Of a stretch of 64,000 nucleotides of DNA, positions 40,457 to 54,649 are shown piece by piece. Positions within the stretch are counted from its first letter, which is position 1. Every line of letters begins with the position of its first letter. A model generated the notes under the pieces. The model made no database searches. It saw only the letters and a program-made list of their open reading frames with translations, and had not been told where the DNA came from. The translations under genes were made by a program, and so were the position numbers. The stretch covers positions 125,612,001 through 125,676,000 of the forward strand of contig OZ024743.1 in the NCBI GenBank assembly GCA_964016885.1, given 5' to 3'. The DNA is from Eledone cirrhosa. Its lineage: Eukaryota.

Positions 40457-40957
40457 CTGTGTGTGTGTGTGTATGTGTATATATAGAGAGAGACATATGC
40501 ACACACACACACACATATATTTAGTGAGTTTGTGTAATGCATCCACAATAAAAGGCATCAAATACACTTTGTAACATGGTACTACTGATGCCCTTATAAA
40601 ATACACTCATAAATGTGGTTGTGCACCAGTATGCTCTAAAGGGCATGGTGTTAGAAAGGGCCTTCAGCCATAGAAACCATGCCATAATATGGAACATCTG
40701 AGTAAGACATGTCTCTTTAACCCAGTTAGTCTTGGACTGTGATGACTCACCCAACTTATGCCAGCATGGAAAATATATATATATATGGCATTAGGAAGGG
40801 ATTCCAGCCGTAGAAACCAAGTCAAAATCAGTTCTGTGTGAATGAATCACGGTCCTCTGCCCTAATCTCTCACAATGGGACAGCCTGTCTTACCCATGCT
40901 AGCATGGAAGATGGACGTTAAACGATGATGACGATGATGATGATATATATATATATA

Positions 40958-41144
40958 TAATTGTTTCTACTTTTGGCACAAGGCCAGCAATTATCCCAGT
41001 ACATTACTAGTACTTTATTTTATTAACCCCGTAAGGATGAAAGGCAAAGTTAACCTCGGCGGGATTTGAACTCAGATCGTAAGGGGACGTAACTATGCTG
41101 GAAAGCATGTCCAACCCTCCACCGATACTGCCAATTCACCACCC
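40958..41144 (-). mobile_element. SINE family A
   Basis: Reverse complement of the 4549-4735 type. Confidence 0.9.
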
Positions 41145-41344
41145 TATATATATATAATATAATATAATAATACAAGGATGATTTGTTAAGCCTTCATTAC
41201 GTTTATTGATTGGTGGTACGTGTTTGTATTATTATATTACACTCTGTCTAGCTCTACACCTCGCTACTGACATGAACCTAAACATTGAGTGCTCACCTGC
41301 GTGAACCTACAGTAACTTCACGTTACACTCTCTGGATACATATT

Positions 41345-41382
<38 letters not shown>

Positions 41383-41461
41383 TATGCTGGGATACTGGGA
41401 CCAGGAAGACCTCAATTCAAAGACGCACTCGATACATGATAAGATGCAAAGTTGGTATATC

Positions 41462-41548
41462 AGTGAAAGAAGAGGATCTACAGCGAGCTTGGTGGTTTCG
41501 GCTAGTTACTGGAACTGCCAAGCTCGTGGTAGATCCCCTACTTTCACT
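41462..41548. repeat. Long imperfect hairpin
   Basis: agtgaaagaagaggatctacagcgagcttgg is inverted against ccaagctcgtggtagatcccctactttcact. Confidence 0.75.
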
Positions 41549-42000
41549 AACATTTATATATGTATTTATAAATTCATAAGAATTAACTATACTTACTTCA
41601 GATACCCTGACTGCAGTTTTGTAGTGTAAGACCAATATTATGCATCTTTATTGGGAGAACACAACTCTTTCGGGGGGATTTTCTCACCATAAGAGAAAAA
41701 AATCTTCAAGTGGTTTTTCCAAATGAGAAAAGATCATGCGGTTAGCAGCCAGTATAAAGAAAAGTAATGATGAATGGGCAGCAAATTAAAAGGAGTGCTC
41801 GAAATAGCTCACATACCAGCCGACCAGTTTTATTCAACGACAAGGGAGTATAGAAAAATTATCAAAGAAATAAAAATATATATATATATAAACAGTTCTA
41901 TACGAGCAAGACACAGTCGCCTGACCAATCTTGGTTCAAGTGGGACAAACTTGTCTAACCCATGTTAGCGTGGAAGATGGACATTAAACGATGATGATGA

Positions 42001-42048
<48 letters not shown>

Positions 42049-42053
42049 ATATA

Positions 42054-42094
<41 letters not shown>

Positions 42095-43059
42095 ACACAC
42101 ACATATACAATAGGCAAATTGCTTAGTGGTTAAAGAGTTTGATTCACAATCGTGAGGTTGAGAGTTTGATTCCTGGACCAGGTGATGCTAATCACCTTAC
42201 TGGGTGTGTTTTTTCATGGCACCGCACTACCTATTTACAGGATGGACTAGGTGCATTTTATCCTCCTGCCTCTTACCACATAGCCTTCTGTCTCTCACCG
42301 CATTTGCATTTAATGTTGCAGAGTAAGTGGACACAAACGAAATTTTAAGCAAACAAAATTCCAAATAATAAATGTATTTATCAATGAACATTGCACAGCA
42401 CACATCACACAGCATACAACTTAAAAGAAATCTTGTTTTCTGCCTCTCTTAGCAGCAAACATATCGATTATTTATTCAACATTTTTGCCAGCAGACAATT
42501 TGGCAACTTTTAGTCAATATTTATTATTGCCACTGTTTAGTTACATTTGACCTATTGCACTCTTCAGATGTGTCTTTATTCATCTGAGATTGCTGTAGGA
42601 ATACTCTTCAGAATATGATGTAGCAAAAATAGCTGCTAAGATGTTAGGGGGTTTTGTTAAAGACTGGCAGTATGCTATGAAGATTGTTCTTCAACAACAG
42701 TTTTAACATCACCAACTTCAGTTGCCTGTGAATTTGATGGATGTGTATGATCCACAACAAATCAAGTAGATTGCTTTCTCTGTCTATAAGAAATCTAAAT
42801 AAACACCATATTTCAATGCAACCAGTTGATAGTACCCATCTGATTAGTCTGATATGGCAATATTGATGATGAAATAGCTGAGTACACAAAGTATGTTTTG
42901 GTCATTAAATCAGGATTCTGTTTCCACAATAGCCCTTTCCAGACTGAAATAGTAGGTAAATATGCAAAGTCTATCTTCTCTGTTAACCTACCTATAATGC
43001 CACAGCATTTTTTGGTGTATCCATAGATTACACTGTGTGCATCTTATAGAATTCTGCCC

Positions 43060-43830
43060 AATCATTTTTGACATATCAAGCAAGGCCACTTCCCTGGTGG
43101 TATAAGGTTCCTATCTTCTCTTCTACTTATCAATACTTTACTATTCACTAAGTTTACTTTTAGACCTTTTGATTGATTCTAAGTTTTTCTTCCATGGCAG
43201 GAATTTTGCTTCTAACTCTTTCATGAATTCAGCTATAAGGACTTGATAGTCAGCTTACAGGAGTTCTGATGAAGTACCAGTCTTAAACTCCTCTGTTATG
43301 ACCTGGAGAACAATTATAAACAGAAGTGAACTGAGGACTAAGCCCCGGTGAACTTCCATCTGCGCTTCAAATTATCACTGTAATCATTGTCAACTCTCAT
43401 CTTAATGGTTGCACCTCTATATATGTCTTGCACAACTCTACATTCCTTAGTGCTTACCAGATTACAGAGCAGGCAACCCTGCCAAATGCTTTCTCTAGAT
43501 CTACCATAGTCAGGTACAGAGGTTTATTTTTAGAGCTAAGTACTTTTCTTGCAGTTCTCTCACAGGGAAAAGGGCATCAGTAGTACCCCTACCTGGCATG
43601 AAGCCAAACTGCGTCTTGTCTAGCTTGGTTCTGTTCCTAATTAATTGTGCTATAAACCTTTCAGTAAATTTCATGACCTGGCCCATCAACTTGATGCCTC
43701 AATAGTTTCTCTAATGTTCTCCTTTGCCCTTGTAGCAGTTTACAAGGGTACTGTTATGCCAGACATTTAATATGACACCATCATGTACTACTTGATTAAC
43801 TATGTATCTGATTAGCTTGTGTGTTTTAGC
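43060..43830 (-). mobile_element. Degenerate RTE RT fragment
   Basis: Reverse-complement similarity to 18490-19200, including the FGFMPGRGTTDA, DLEKAF and GSVLS regions. Confidence 0.8.
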
Positions 43831-43989
43831 ATCTGAGCAATATTCATTTGTTTAATTTATATAGTGAAAATATACCTCAAATGGAAATTTTCTTTTCTTT
43901 TTGTAAAATGTCCTCTCTTCATTATCTGAGTATTACAGTATTAATTGATATATTTATTGTATATATATATATATATAACATATATGAAT

Positions 43990-44305
43990 GTGCATGGCTT
44001 AGTGGTTAGAGTGTTGGGCTTACAATTGTGAGTTCGATTCTTGGACTGGGCTTTGCGTTGTGTTCTTGAGCAAGACACTTTATTTTCACGTTACTCCAGT
44101 TCACTCAGCTCTAGAATGAACTGCGACATCACTGGTACCAAGCTGTATCAGTATTTGCCTTTCTTTTGGACAACATCGGTGGCATGAAGAGAGGAGACTG
44201 GTATGCATAGGTAACTACTGGCCTTCCACAAACAACCTTGCCTGGACTTGTGCCTAGATACAAATCTCATGGTCATTCGTGACTGAAGGTGGTCTTTACC
44301 CTTTA
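43990..44305 (+). mobile_element. SINE family D (head shared with family B, different body)
   Basis: tggcttagtggttagag..gagttcgattc..cttgagcaagacactt. The body also occurs at ~13735-13900. Confidence 0.75.
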
Positions 44306-44526
44306 TAACATCTAATTATTGCAGCTATACAAATGAGAAATTTGCTGTCTTTTAGTTGCTGTTTTTTATTTTCAAAATTAGTATAATTTCATTATTTTCT
44401 ATAAACACTGTGAAATTATATTTATTTTACCTATGTGCCATTATTTAGTGGCCTACTGGTAAATATTAGAGACAGTGGTGATACTGGTTACGGGTTCAAT
44501 CTCTATCAGGTTCTACAGAAATTTAA

Positions 44527-44713
44527 GGGCGGTGAATTGGCAGTATCAGTAGAGGCTCGGACATGCTTTGAAGCATAGTTACGTCCCTTTATGATCTGAG
44601 TTCAAATCCCACCGAGGTTAACTTTGCCTTTCATCCATACGGGGTCGATAAAATAAAGTACCAGTAATGTACTGGGTAATTGCTGGCCTTGTGCCAAAAG
44701 TAGAAACAATTAT
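44527..44713 (+). mobile_element. SINE family A
   Basis: Similar to 4549-4735. Confidence 0.9.
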
Positions 44714-45026
44714 TTGATGTTAGCCACAGTGACAAATGTATACTCCCCAAATTACCCATTATACATTTGTATATTATAAGAATGACTGCACTAGTGTATT
44801 TTCACATCTATGCACTCAGTCACTCTAAGAAGGCAGCTAGCAAAAGATGTGTAGGAAGAGCAGCAGCTGGTATGAGATGCAGAAGTTATTAGAGAGAGTT
44901 ATTAGAGAGATGTGTGTGCAAGAGAGAAGGAGGTGAAGGAAAGGAGGAAACTTTTTATTGTTGCTTTGAAATGAAAGGACATTAAAAAATAAAGCAAAGG
45001 AAGGAGAGGCATGGCTGGTAGCTAAC

Positions 45027-45061
<35 letters not shown>

Positions 45062-46188
45062 ATGATGTAACAAGTTATTGTCAGATTGGAAAGAAGGGAA
45101 TAGGTGGGGAGGATGTGCCACTTTATGCATGACCTTTCCCAAAGGACACTATAGCTACAGAAAAAGCTGTCAGAAATTTCTTTGGAATGTATGACAAAAA
45201 AAAATTAGAATGATGCTTTTTATGAAGTAAAAACATAAATATGTATGTAGAAATGATCTGGTAATTGACTGGCACTTATTTTATTGAATACAGTGGCTGT
45301 AAAACAAAGTACATCTAGAGATCTACTTAAATACTACATGGCTTTTAGTCTGTTGTTTTTGCCATTTCACTGCTTTTATTTCAGTTCAATTTAGACCATT
45401 GGTGTCCTCAACCCCCAGACTGCCATTTTCCTCTGCAAATCAGGAGGAGAGCATCTCATCTGAGGAAGGCTACGTGTGAGATGGAATAGCTGATGCAGTG
45501 GGTATCACTGTTTGTTCTTCACAGCAATGTTTTCACCACCATGTCCACAGAGCACAGCAGATACATACCATTCAGTGTAGTTTGCCCATCACCATTTTCT
45601 CCCCATCTTTTTCTTTTTTCTCTCTTTTTCTCTTTCTTTTTGTCATAATAATAAATTTCTTAAATATCTCATATCAGGCACTCTTTTTTGAAACAAAGAA
45701 AATTTCTTAATCTGTTGTTCAGTTTAACACCTCAAACTGGCTCTCTGAGTCAGGTTAGGTGTCCAGTCTAATATAACTTCCTTTCTTTTTTTCATCAGCC
45801 TCAGAATAGTAATTATTTTTGTAGTGTGGTTTCTCTGATACTGTTATGCATCTTTAAGAGATGTCCAGTATAAATACTTCTTTCTTTCTATTCATTCATT
45901 ATGGATCATCATACTGTTTGTTTTGACATGATCTTTTACAAACTATATAGATCGTCATCGTCATTATCATCACCATCATCATTTAAAGTTTGTTTTCTCT
46001 GTCTCTATGTTGTAGTGTTGTCTAATATGCATCTTTCTGGCAATTCGGTCTAAGCTGCTGTACAACCTAGGCTCAATACCACCCTTATGCTCGAAATTGC
46101 ATTGCCCAGTGGGTGGCTGAAGAGGAAAATAAATATTTTGTTTACTTGTGCAACATATTTGTTTGTGTGTGCACCTTTACTATATATA

Positions 46189-47146
46189 ATCATCATCATC
46201 ATCATCATCATCGTTTAACGTCCATATTCCACGCTTGCATGGGTTTGGACGGGAGTTTTCCCACTTGAGGCAAGAGTGGTTGTCTTGCTCGCATAGGACT
46301 GTCTGGCTGGTTTTCTACGGCTGGATGCCCTTCCTAACACCAACCACATTTACAGTGTGGAACTGGGAGGTTTTTACCGTGTTACCTACACGGCCACATT
46401 ACAGCGTGGACTGTGTGTTTTTTGTCGCGACACCTACACGACCTCATTTGTTTCGGCCTGGATGTTGTGGTACCAACATAACTTTACATTGAAAGGGGCG
46501 GTGTGGATGGGGTGGGGGTAGTGGGACAGGGGTGTATTTTGTTAGAGGTGCCTACTGACTGTAGTAGGTTTTACTTTGTATTTAGGTAAGGCGGGTCTTC
46601 TCTATTACTGTGTAGCGCCAAAGATCTCGGTCCAGTGACATTGTCTTGGAGAGGTGTGTGAGGTCGGAATTTATCAAGTCGTCCCAGGTTTTTCTGGGTC
46701 TGCCTATTCCGTGGCTACCGTCTATTTTTATTGCCCTGTACTTTTTTATACAGCTGTCATCTTTCATGCGCATCACGTGACCATACCAACGTAGCCTTCT
46801 CTCGAGTAAACAACATCTGATCCCTCTTATTTCTAATTTTTCCCTTAGTTCGTTAATGCTTTGCCGTTCACGTATATTACTGTTACACATCCAGCGGAGC
46901 ATGAAAGCTTCGTTCCTCTCCAGTCTGCGTATATCCTCTGCACACAATGCTCAGGTCTCACTGCCATGCAACATTGCTGTTTGTATGCAGGCATCATACA
47001 GCCTGCCTTTCATTTTTAGGGAGAACCCTTTAGCGGCTAATAGTGGTATAAGCTCTCTGAACTTTTTCCATCCAGTTCTGACTCTAGCTACTGTACTTTC
47101 AAAGCACCCTCCCGCACTGCTGATTTTGTCACCCAGGTAACGGAAA
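46189..47146 (-). mobile_element. RTE LINE 3' fragment (young subfamily)
   Basis: Closely similar reverse complement of 19380-20330. Confidence 0.92.
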
Positions 47147-47158
47147 TATATATACACA

Positions 47159-48197
47159 CTAGCCGAATTACCCATGCCTTGCTGCGTTTCACACATTTTT
47201 TTTGTAAGAAAATGATGATTGATTTTAAATCAGTGATATAATTTATGGAGAAAATCTCTGCATTTCAATATTACTTAATGTAAAATGTAATGCATGAAAA
47301 ATTGGAAAACATAATTTTTTGTAATTTATCAAATCAAAATTACATTATTAAATCTTATTCTTATTTTGTTTCTTGTAAATAATTTTTTTTAAAATATCAA
47401 TTCAAAACTTAATCATTTCATTTTTGTGTAAAGCATTATTTTCAAATTAGAAATTCAAAGTTTAATTATTTATTTTTTAACATAATAAATACATGAAAAT
47501 ATATTTCATACATTGTCCTAATGAAGAACTTCAGGGTAAACAACATTTCTTGATTAGCTAAAATGTAAAGATTTTTTGAAGTTCCGGTCCTTGAAACAGC
47601 CACATAAAACATGCCATGACTGAAACATCGGTTTGTCAGATCTATACCAATAGTTTTGAAAGTTTGACCTTGACTCTTATGATGCTCATGACAAAGCATG
47701 GCCTCACTGGGAACTGCAGCCTCTTAAATATAAAAGGCAACTTGCTATCATTTGGTATAAGTGGAATCCTCGGAATGAGAAGAGCTTGACCTTTGTAAGC
47801 CCCGAATATAATGGTTGCTTCAATCAAGTTCTCATGCAATCTTGTTACAACACATCTTGTTCCATTTATTGGCCAAAATTTCACTATAGGGGGTTTAACC
47901 CCCCCATTAGGGTGTCTTAATATTATTGAAATTTGCTGAAATTTTGTGAATAGGCATCATATCTTGTCATTTATCTATGGTTTAAATTTCATATAAATCG
48001 AAGGGAAAAAATTTTCAGCGGGGGTTTGTGCCCTTTCATTAAAATGAAATATACTTATCCAAGTACGCTGGGCAATGTAGTTTCAGAATATATATGGTTA
48101 TGGGGGGGAGGGGGGGGGGGGTCTATCTCCAAAACCATAGGAGGAGTTCGTGAACAAACAAACAAAAAAACAGACAGGAACTACAACTTTATATATA
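47159..48197 (-). mobile_element. Internally deleted Helitron retaining the PIF1-helicase C-terminus
   Basis: NGTRCVV..LIPRIPL..FKRLQFPVRPCF, KSQGQTF..FSHGMFYVAVSR. A minus-strand 3' hairpin and CTAG lie at 47159. Confidence 0.88.
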
Positions 48198-50059
48198 TAC
48201 TAGCAGTGTATCCCGGTGTGTGTATGTGTGTGTGTGCATGTGTGTGCATGTGTATGTGTTGTTTATGGGTTGGGTTAAGTAATAAAAAGTTGATATGTCT
48301 TTGATTCTTCATGAAGTGTTGTATTATGACTTGTTATTGAAGTGTTGTTGCTGTAGTTCACTTCTAAGATGTAATAGAAGATTATGAAGAAGATGAAATG
48401 TCTTGGACAACATGTACATTAATAATATACTAAAGTGGTTGGCCATGGAAACCCTGACAAAGATTTGTGAAGACTCTTCAGTCTCAACACAGCAACCTCT
48501 TTACCTTGTATTATGGTTGATGATAGGAAGGAAATTCACTGTAGAAACAATGACACAAAAAGGATCAAGACGACCCTTCAGTTGCGTCAAAGACGTGACA
48601 ACTTCTCTGGTGTTAGTAACACAATAAAACACACCCAGTACACTCTGTAGAGTGCATGAATGTATTTAATCAAGATGTAGCTTTCAGCCCATCTGAGAGG
48701 TCAGTAGCTCTGACTAAGGATTAATTCTTTTTCATTCAGTAATGAAATCAGCAGGGCTTTCTAATGATTGATATATGTAAGTCTGTGTGGTGTATGTGGG
48801 TGGGTGTTCCTCAAGTAAAAAAACAAAATAATTTGTATACCTTATATATCTGTGTATATGTTTGTTTGAGTGTCTTTATATGGGTGAGTTTGAATAAATG
48901 ATTATTTGAACTAATTTTTCATTGTTTTACTCTTTTACTTGTTGCAGTCATGTTGCTTCAATAAAATATTTATTTCATATATCCCCAGCACCAAACGTAG
49001 GTGGTGGAACTATGACATCATATAAGCTGCTAAATTTCCATAATGGCTTTTTATTTCACAAACATTTTCCTTAAATTTTCTTCTCACGTGAACACTTAAC
49101 TATACTGGCCCACGTGAGTTACAGAAATGTGACCCAAACTAAGATCAATAAAATACCTATGTTCAACTGACTTATATATATATTTATAGAATAGATGTGG
49201 TGTCATTAATGTCAGTAAATTGACTGACACATTTTTCTCTCTAATAACTCTCTAATACAAACAATAATTCACCTAGATCTCATAAGTAAACCTGCAAAGT
49301 CACGAAGTTTTGGTTATGGTAATGTGCTGTATTCATGTTTTTATTTACCCTGACACCACTTTCAATGTATATCACTAAAAGTTTTTATATTTGTATTTGT
49401 ATTCCAAATGGAGCCATAAGATAAAAAATAAGATGCCTTTTGTGTATTGCACGTTTAGCTTTCTGTAGTTTATTCCAACATTTGTAATTACTATATGATT
49501 TCTAGGAACCGGTTTCCATTTATTCCTGTAATTGGGGTGGCTGATTTACAAAGCTATTCTCAGTGTATCTACTTTTAACAGACATTATTTACTTATGCCA
49601 AACACTCCTCTAGAAAATGGAAGAACAAGTTTAGAGTTTATTGCATGCAAATACTCAGTAGGCTGACTATCCTAAAAAATTCTGTTTTTTCTTGAATACC
49701 ATACTAGATTCTAAAAGTTTTATAGACAAAGTATTTCCAAATTCATTATATTGAATCATTCAAGCAATCATAGAAATAAATATGTCAAATAATTTCTGTT
49801 TTCTGTAGAGATTATCGATAGTATGGATTCTGTTCTTCAAAGTGACTTACAATATATAAGTACATTGAAAAGTTCTTCCACATCATTATTTTCAGTTGCT
49901 TAATCAGTGAATGTATTTTTTACACTAAAATCCTTTATATATCATCATCATCATTTTACACTTGCTTTCCATGCTGGCATGTCTTAGAGGGGTGCCATGG
50001 TTTTAGATGGAATGGGTTGGAGAACCTTGTCTCACACATATGTTCCATTTAAAAACTAG

Positions 50060-50438
50060 ACCTTACAACAAAAATGACTAAAGACCATGAGGTCTGGTGC
50101 TATGTAGTAGAAGACCCAACCTGCAACATACAATATGATCTGACCTACTACCATGCCCCCCATACCCCACTTCCACTAACACTCCCCAACAGTTATCCTC
50201 AACATCACTACTTTAACCCCACCGCTGCAAAGTGTAGGCGCCATGGTAAAAAGCACCCAGTACTCACTGTAAATGAGGTTGACGTTAAGACGGGTATTCA
50301 GCTGTAGAAACCAAATCAAAGTCAGTTCTGTATGTGCAAGACAGGGTTACCTGACCTAGGCATTGCCCACAACTGGACAACCCATCTAACTCACGCTAGC
50401 ATGGAAAAATGGACATAAAACGATGATGATGATGATGA
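50060..50438 (+). mobile_element. RTE 3' end fragment
   Basis: MTKDHEVWCYVV, the UTR motif and a (GAT)n tail. Similar short tails occur at ~36505, 39495, 40610-40945, 41890, 59567 and 63812. Confidence 0.75.
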
Positions 50439-50620
50439 TATGTGTGTGTGTGGGGGGGGGGGGGTTCCAGAACTAGCTGTTGAAATAGCTAGAGCTCAGC
50501 CATCAGGCCCTGAATCTTTATGATATAGCTATGCTCTACTGTCCCAAGTATTGATTACTCCATTGATTACTCCAATGGTCTAACTAGTTTAAAACTTGTA
50601 CTATCCTGATATATATATAC

Positions 50621-50678
<58 letters not shown>

Positions 50679-52248
50679 ATATATATATAATATAATATAT
50701 ATATAGTTCAAGGAGACAACAAACAGAGGTACAAAAAGTCTTATTAGTTTCACATTTTATATGGAATATATAAATAAATATTGATGTCTCTGGTCCAAAC
50801 AAAACAAGAGTATATTTGAATTCATAAAAAATGAGAAAACTCAATGCAAGAATAGCTGTTAAAACAGCGAAATGATGTCAATGACACCGTTGGGTAAAAT
50901 ACCACAGAGAACAGAGATCAGTAGCTAGTGGTCAGTAGAGAGACAAACCACGAGGTGGGTGACAGGCAGATGAAATAGAGAAAATAGAGAAACGTGTGTT
51001 GGTGCATGGAAGAAATAAATAAAGAAAAGGCAATGTACAAGAGAAGTTCCCACACATACCTTCACCCTCACCAGCTCTCAACCAGAAAAATAGTTTCACA
51101 CAATTTTATTCAACAAAGTAAAGAACATCCTATGTCTCTCATACACACAAATACATACATATGCACATACACATATATATATACATACACACAAAACTGA
51201 GTTGTCAATATATAAAACTTTATATATTGACTACACATTTTTGTGTGTATGTATGTGCACATGCATATGTATGTATTTGTGTGTATGAGAGACAGGGGAG
51301 TAATCAAAGTACCTTTCCACATGCAAACAACATAACTTGCTATTAGGAAGGGCATCCAGCATTAGAAACCATGCCAAATAAAAGTTTGAAAAAAACGCCT
51401 CAGTTGATGTCAAGGGTATGATAACCCCACTAGTATTGGTGCACAGTACTAGTGATAAAATGAACCCAATACTCTCTGTAAAATGGTTGATATTAAGGAG
51501 GGCATCCACCTATAGAAGCCAAAACCGGAATGCATGTAGATGAAATGTAGCCCTCGGATCATTTTAGAGGATAGTAGCTTTGATTAAGTAGTGACTTATC
51601 CAATCTTACTAGCATGACCCCCCCCCCCCCCCCCCTATGATGGTGGTGAAGTCAAATTGCAAATATTTTAAGAAATTAAAAATGTACAATACCAATATGT
51701 CTCTCTTTATTACATGGAGAGGAATGGGCTCTGCCAGGTTTCAAATACCCAAAACACATTGTGTGTTAAGATGGTGCCCCTAAGACACCATCAAGAGTTA
51801 AAGGTCTTAATTCATTCATTTATTCATTTTATTCCATCCTTATAAATTTACTATAGCTACCTTCAAGTAGGTGTAGCAATAGGTATTACATTTGAATAGT
51901 TTCCATATTTCGAATGAAAGACACTGCCTATAATTTTCAAATAATTTTGAAAATAACTCAGAATTTGAATGGATTTAGTAATATAATTTACTTTCTCATT
52001 ATTAATATTCTGGTATTTGGAACATAACTTTACAAATGTTCTTACATAAAAGTATAATAGAAATAAACAGCTTTGTATTGCAGAACCAAATGGCTTGTTA
52101 TTAAATGAGATGACAGGTAGAATCTTCAGTTAAGCAAAATTTGACAACACTGCAAGCACTTAAAGAATGTTAAGACATCAAGTTTTGTCTCAGTATTACA
52201 TCTGAGAAGACACTATATAAAACTAACAGTGGTCATTGTTTGTACAAC

Positions 52249-52330
52249 CTTTCAGTATATCGAATATCAACTTCACATGTTTCCATAATTCTGGAATACA
52301 ATGTTGCCTTTAAATAATGTAGACCTGAAC
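52249..52330 (-). CDS. Candidate host exon (SGLHYLKATLYSRIMETCEVDIRYTE)
   Basis: Acceptor ttcttgttgtttag and an open frame, but only a weak gttgta donor. Confidence 0.3.
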
Positions 52331-52350
52331 CTAAACAACAAGAACAACAT

Positions 52351-52482
52351 TTTAGACGAAGGTGTATTTGTGTATTTATGACTTGCAAAAATATTCAGAA
52401 GAATACGAATGGCTGGTGCGTGTTTGTACAATCAGCTCCAAGAAAAATGCATGTTGTCGCTCTGCATTTCTTTTGCCGGAGT
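52351..52482 (-). repeat. Truncated 3' LTR
   Basis: Matches 56895-57041 and lacks the ~70 bp corresponding to 57042-57111. Confidence 0.9.
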
Positions 52483-54380
52483 TGCGACAATTCCTAGGAC
52501 TGATAAATTTTTATAGACGTTTTGTTCCGCATTGTGCTAATCTACTCTTCTCTCTTATTGAGATTCTGAAAAATTGCCTCAAGAAGAACAAGGAAATCTC
52601 TTTGACTCAGACTCATCTCAAGGATTTTCAAAAAGCCAAACCAGCATTGGCTAGTGCATCTTTGCTGGCCCACCCAGTGTCCAATGCCAAGCTTTCGCTT
52701 TGTGATGATGCGCTGGATACTGCAGTGGGTGCAGTCTTACAACAGAGTAGTGATGATCACCAACAACCATTGGAATTTTTCTCCAGGAAGTTGAAGCCTG
52801 CAGAAACTCGCTACAGTACCTTTGGCCGGGAGCTGTTAGCCATCTACCTTTCCATGAAATATTTTTCACATATGTTCGAAGGAAGGTGTTTTACGATCTA
52901 TACTGACCATAAACCTTTGACCTTCGCTTTAAGGGCAAAGTCCGACAAGTACTTGCCCAGAGAAACAAAGCATCTTGACTTTATCTCGCAATTCACAAAC
53001 GACATCGAACACATTCCAGGCTCATTGAACACAGTGGCTGACGCCCTGTCTCGATTGCCGATCAGTTCGATTGCGTCATCTCACGACATCGATTTAAATC
53101 ACTTGGCAGCAGACCAACCTGCACTGGAATTGTTGGATATTACATCAGCCGAAGTTGCGACGAGTAATTTGAAATACCTGCCATTGCCCACCGCAGACGG
53201 ACAGATTCTCTGCGACGTTTCCGTGGATTCACCGAGACCATTCGTCCCACTAAACCATCGTCATACTGTGTTTCTTGCTTTACACAGCATTTCCCACCCA
53301 GGATCTTCTGCCACAGTAAAGCTCATAACAGCCAGATTCTTCTGGCCAAATATGAGGCGCGATATTTCTGTTTGGTGCTGTTCCTGCATCGCTTGCCAGA
53401 AATCGAAAATCCATAAACGCGTTAAGGCTCCGCTCGGTACTTTCAGTACACCGGACGCCCGTTTCCGGCACATTCATGTGGACATTGTGGGACCTTGGCC
53501 AGTCAGTGGTGGTCATACTTATCTATTGACTGTTATTGATCGTTTTTCGCGATGGCCTGAAGCCATCCCCTTGAAAGACATCACTGCTGAAACGACAGCG
53601 CGTACCCTAGTATCAGGATGGATTGCCCGCTTTGGAGTGTCAACCACAATTACAACGGACCGTGGAAGACAGTTCGAATCTCTTCTCTTCTCCGAATTGA
53701 CGAAGATCATTGGCGCTAAACGCATCCGAACAACTTCATATCATCCTGCATCTAATGGAATGATGGAGTGCTTCCACCGACAACTAAAAGCCACTCTACT
53801 GACTTCTCCTGACTCTACGCGTTGGAGCGAGTACCTCCCTATTGTGTTGTTGGGATTCGGTCATCAATAAAGGTTCTCCCCGGCCTAATTATTGTATGGT
53901 GCTCCTCTAGCGTTACCTGGGCAAATACTTGGCCCTGTCGATCTTGCTGCACAAGATCCGCTTTCCTACGTATCCCGTCTGCGTTCTTATTTTCAGGACC
54001 TGCCGCCGATGGATACGAGGAAACAAACTGTAAAATCTTCAGTCGCGAGGGATATTGCCTCGTGGACCCATGTGTTCATAAGAAACGATGCTGTGAGACC
54101 ACCTCTCACACAACCGTACTCTGGACCCTACCGTGTATTAGCTCGTTCTGATAAACATTTCACTGTAGACATTAAGGGATCCAGAGAGACCATTGCAGTT
54201 GATAGACTTAAATGGGCCAACACAGATGCTCACACACCTGAGCCACATACACCCCCATCTTTCTCTTTTGCACACACACCTGTTTCTTTGGCCCCTCCAT
54301 CACCAAGATACAAGACCACGACCTGTTCCGGTCGAAGAGTCCACTGGCCCAAAAAACTCTTCCAAACTTTTATTGTATGA
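52479..54380 (+). pseudogene. pol: Gypsy pol RNase H + integrase (inverted segment)
   Basis: [42 protein letters not shown] (HSISHPG..CIAC) and DDE (HVDIVG, TDRG, ME). There is a frameshift/deletion at ~53860-53890, then the GPY motif. Confidence 0.95.
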
Positions 54381-54634
54381 ACTGGCCACTGGAGCCTTTT
54401 TGGAAACAAACTGTGTCAAACTGTGTACATTTAAGCTGCCCTTGTTGCAGCCCTTTGCTTTTGTCTTTCTTACGATTTGTTGCATTTTATTGATTGTTTT
54501 GCATGTTTCTGTTGTTACATTTTTGCATGCCTTTGCCTTTTGTTTTCTGCTTGTGCAAACATTTCTTTTGTTTATTACCTATCCTTGCCTTGCTTCTCAC
54601 TACATATGTTTACTTCTTCATCGATTGGTCATCT

Positions 54635-54643
54635 GGAGGAGGG
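54635..54643 (+). other. Polypurine tract (within the inverted segment)
   Basis: GGAGGAGGG after the integrase 3' UTR, immediately before the breakpoint. Confidence 0.7.
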
Positions 54644-54649
54644 CTAAAG

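Noticed and set aside
52362-52478. N-terminus of the 502-aa ORF as a real or domesticated gene start
   Set aside because: It is antisense LTR sequence fused in frame by the inversion, starts at GTG, and the integrase is frameshifted downstream.
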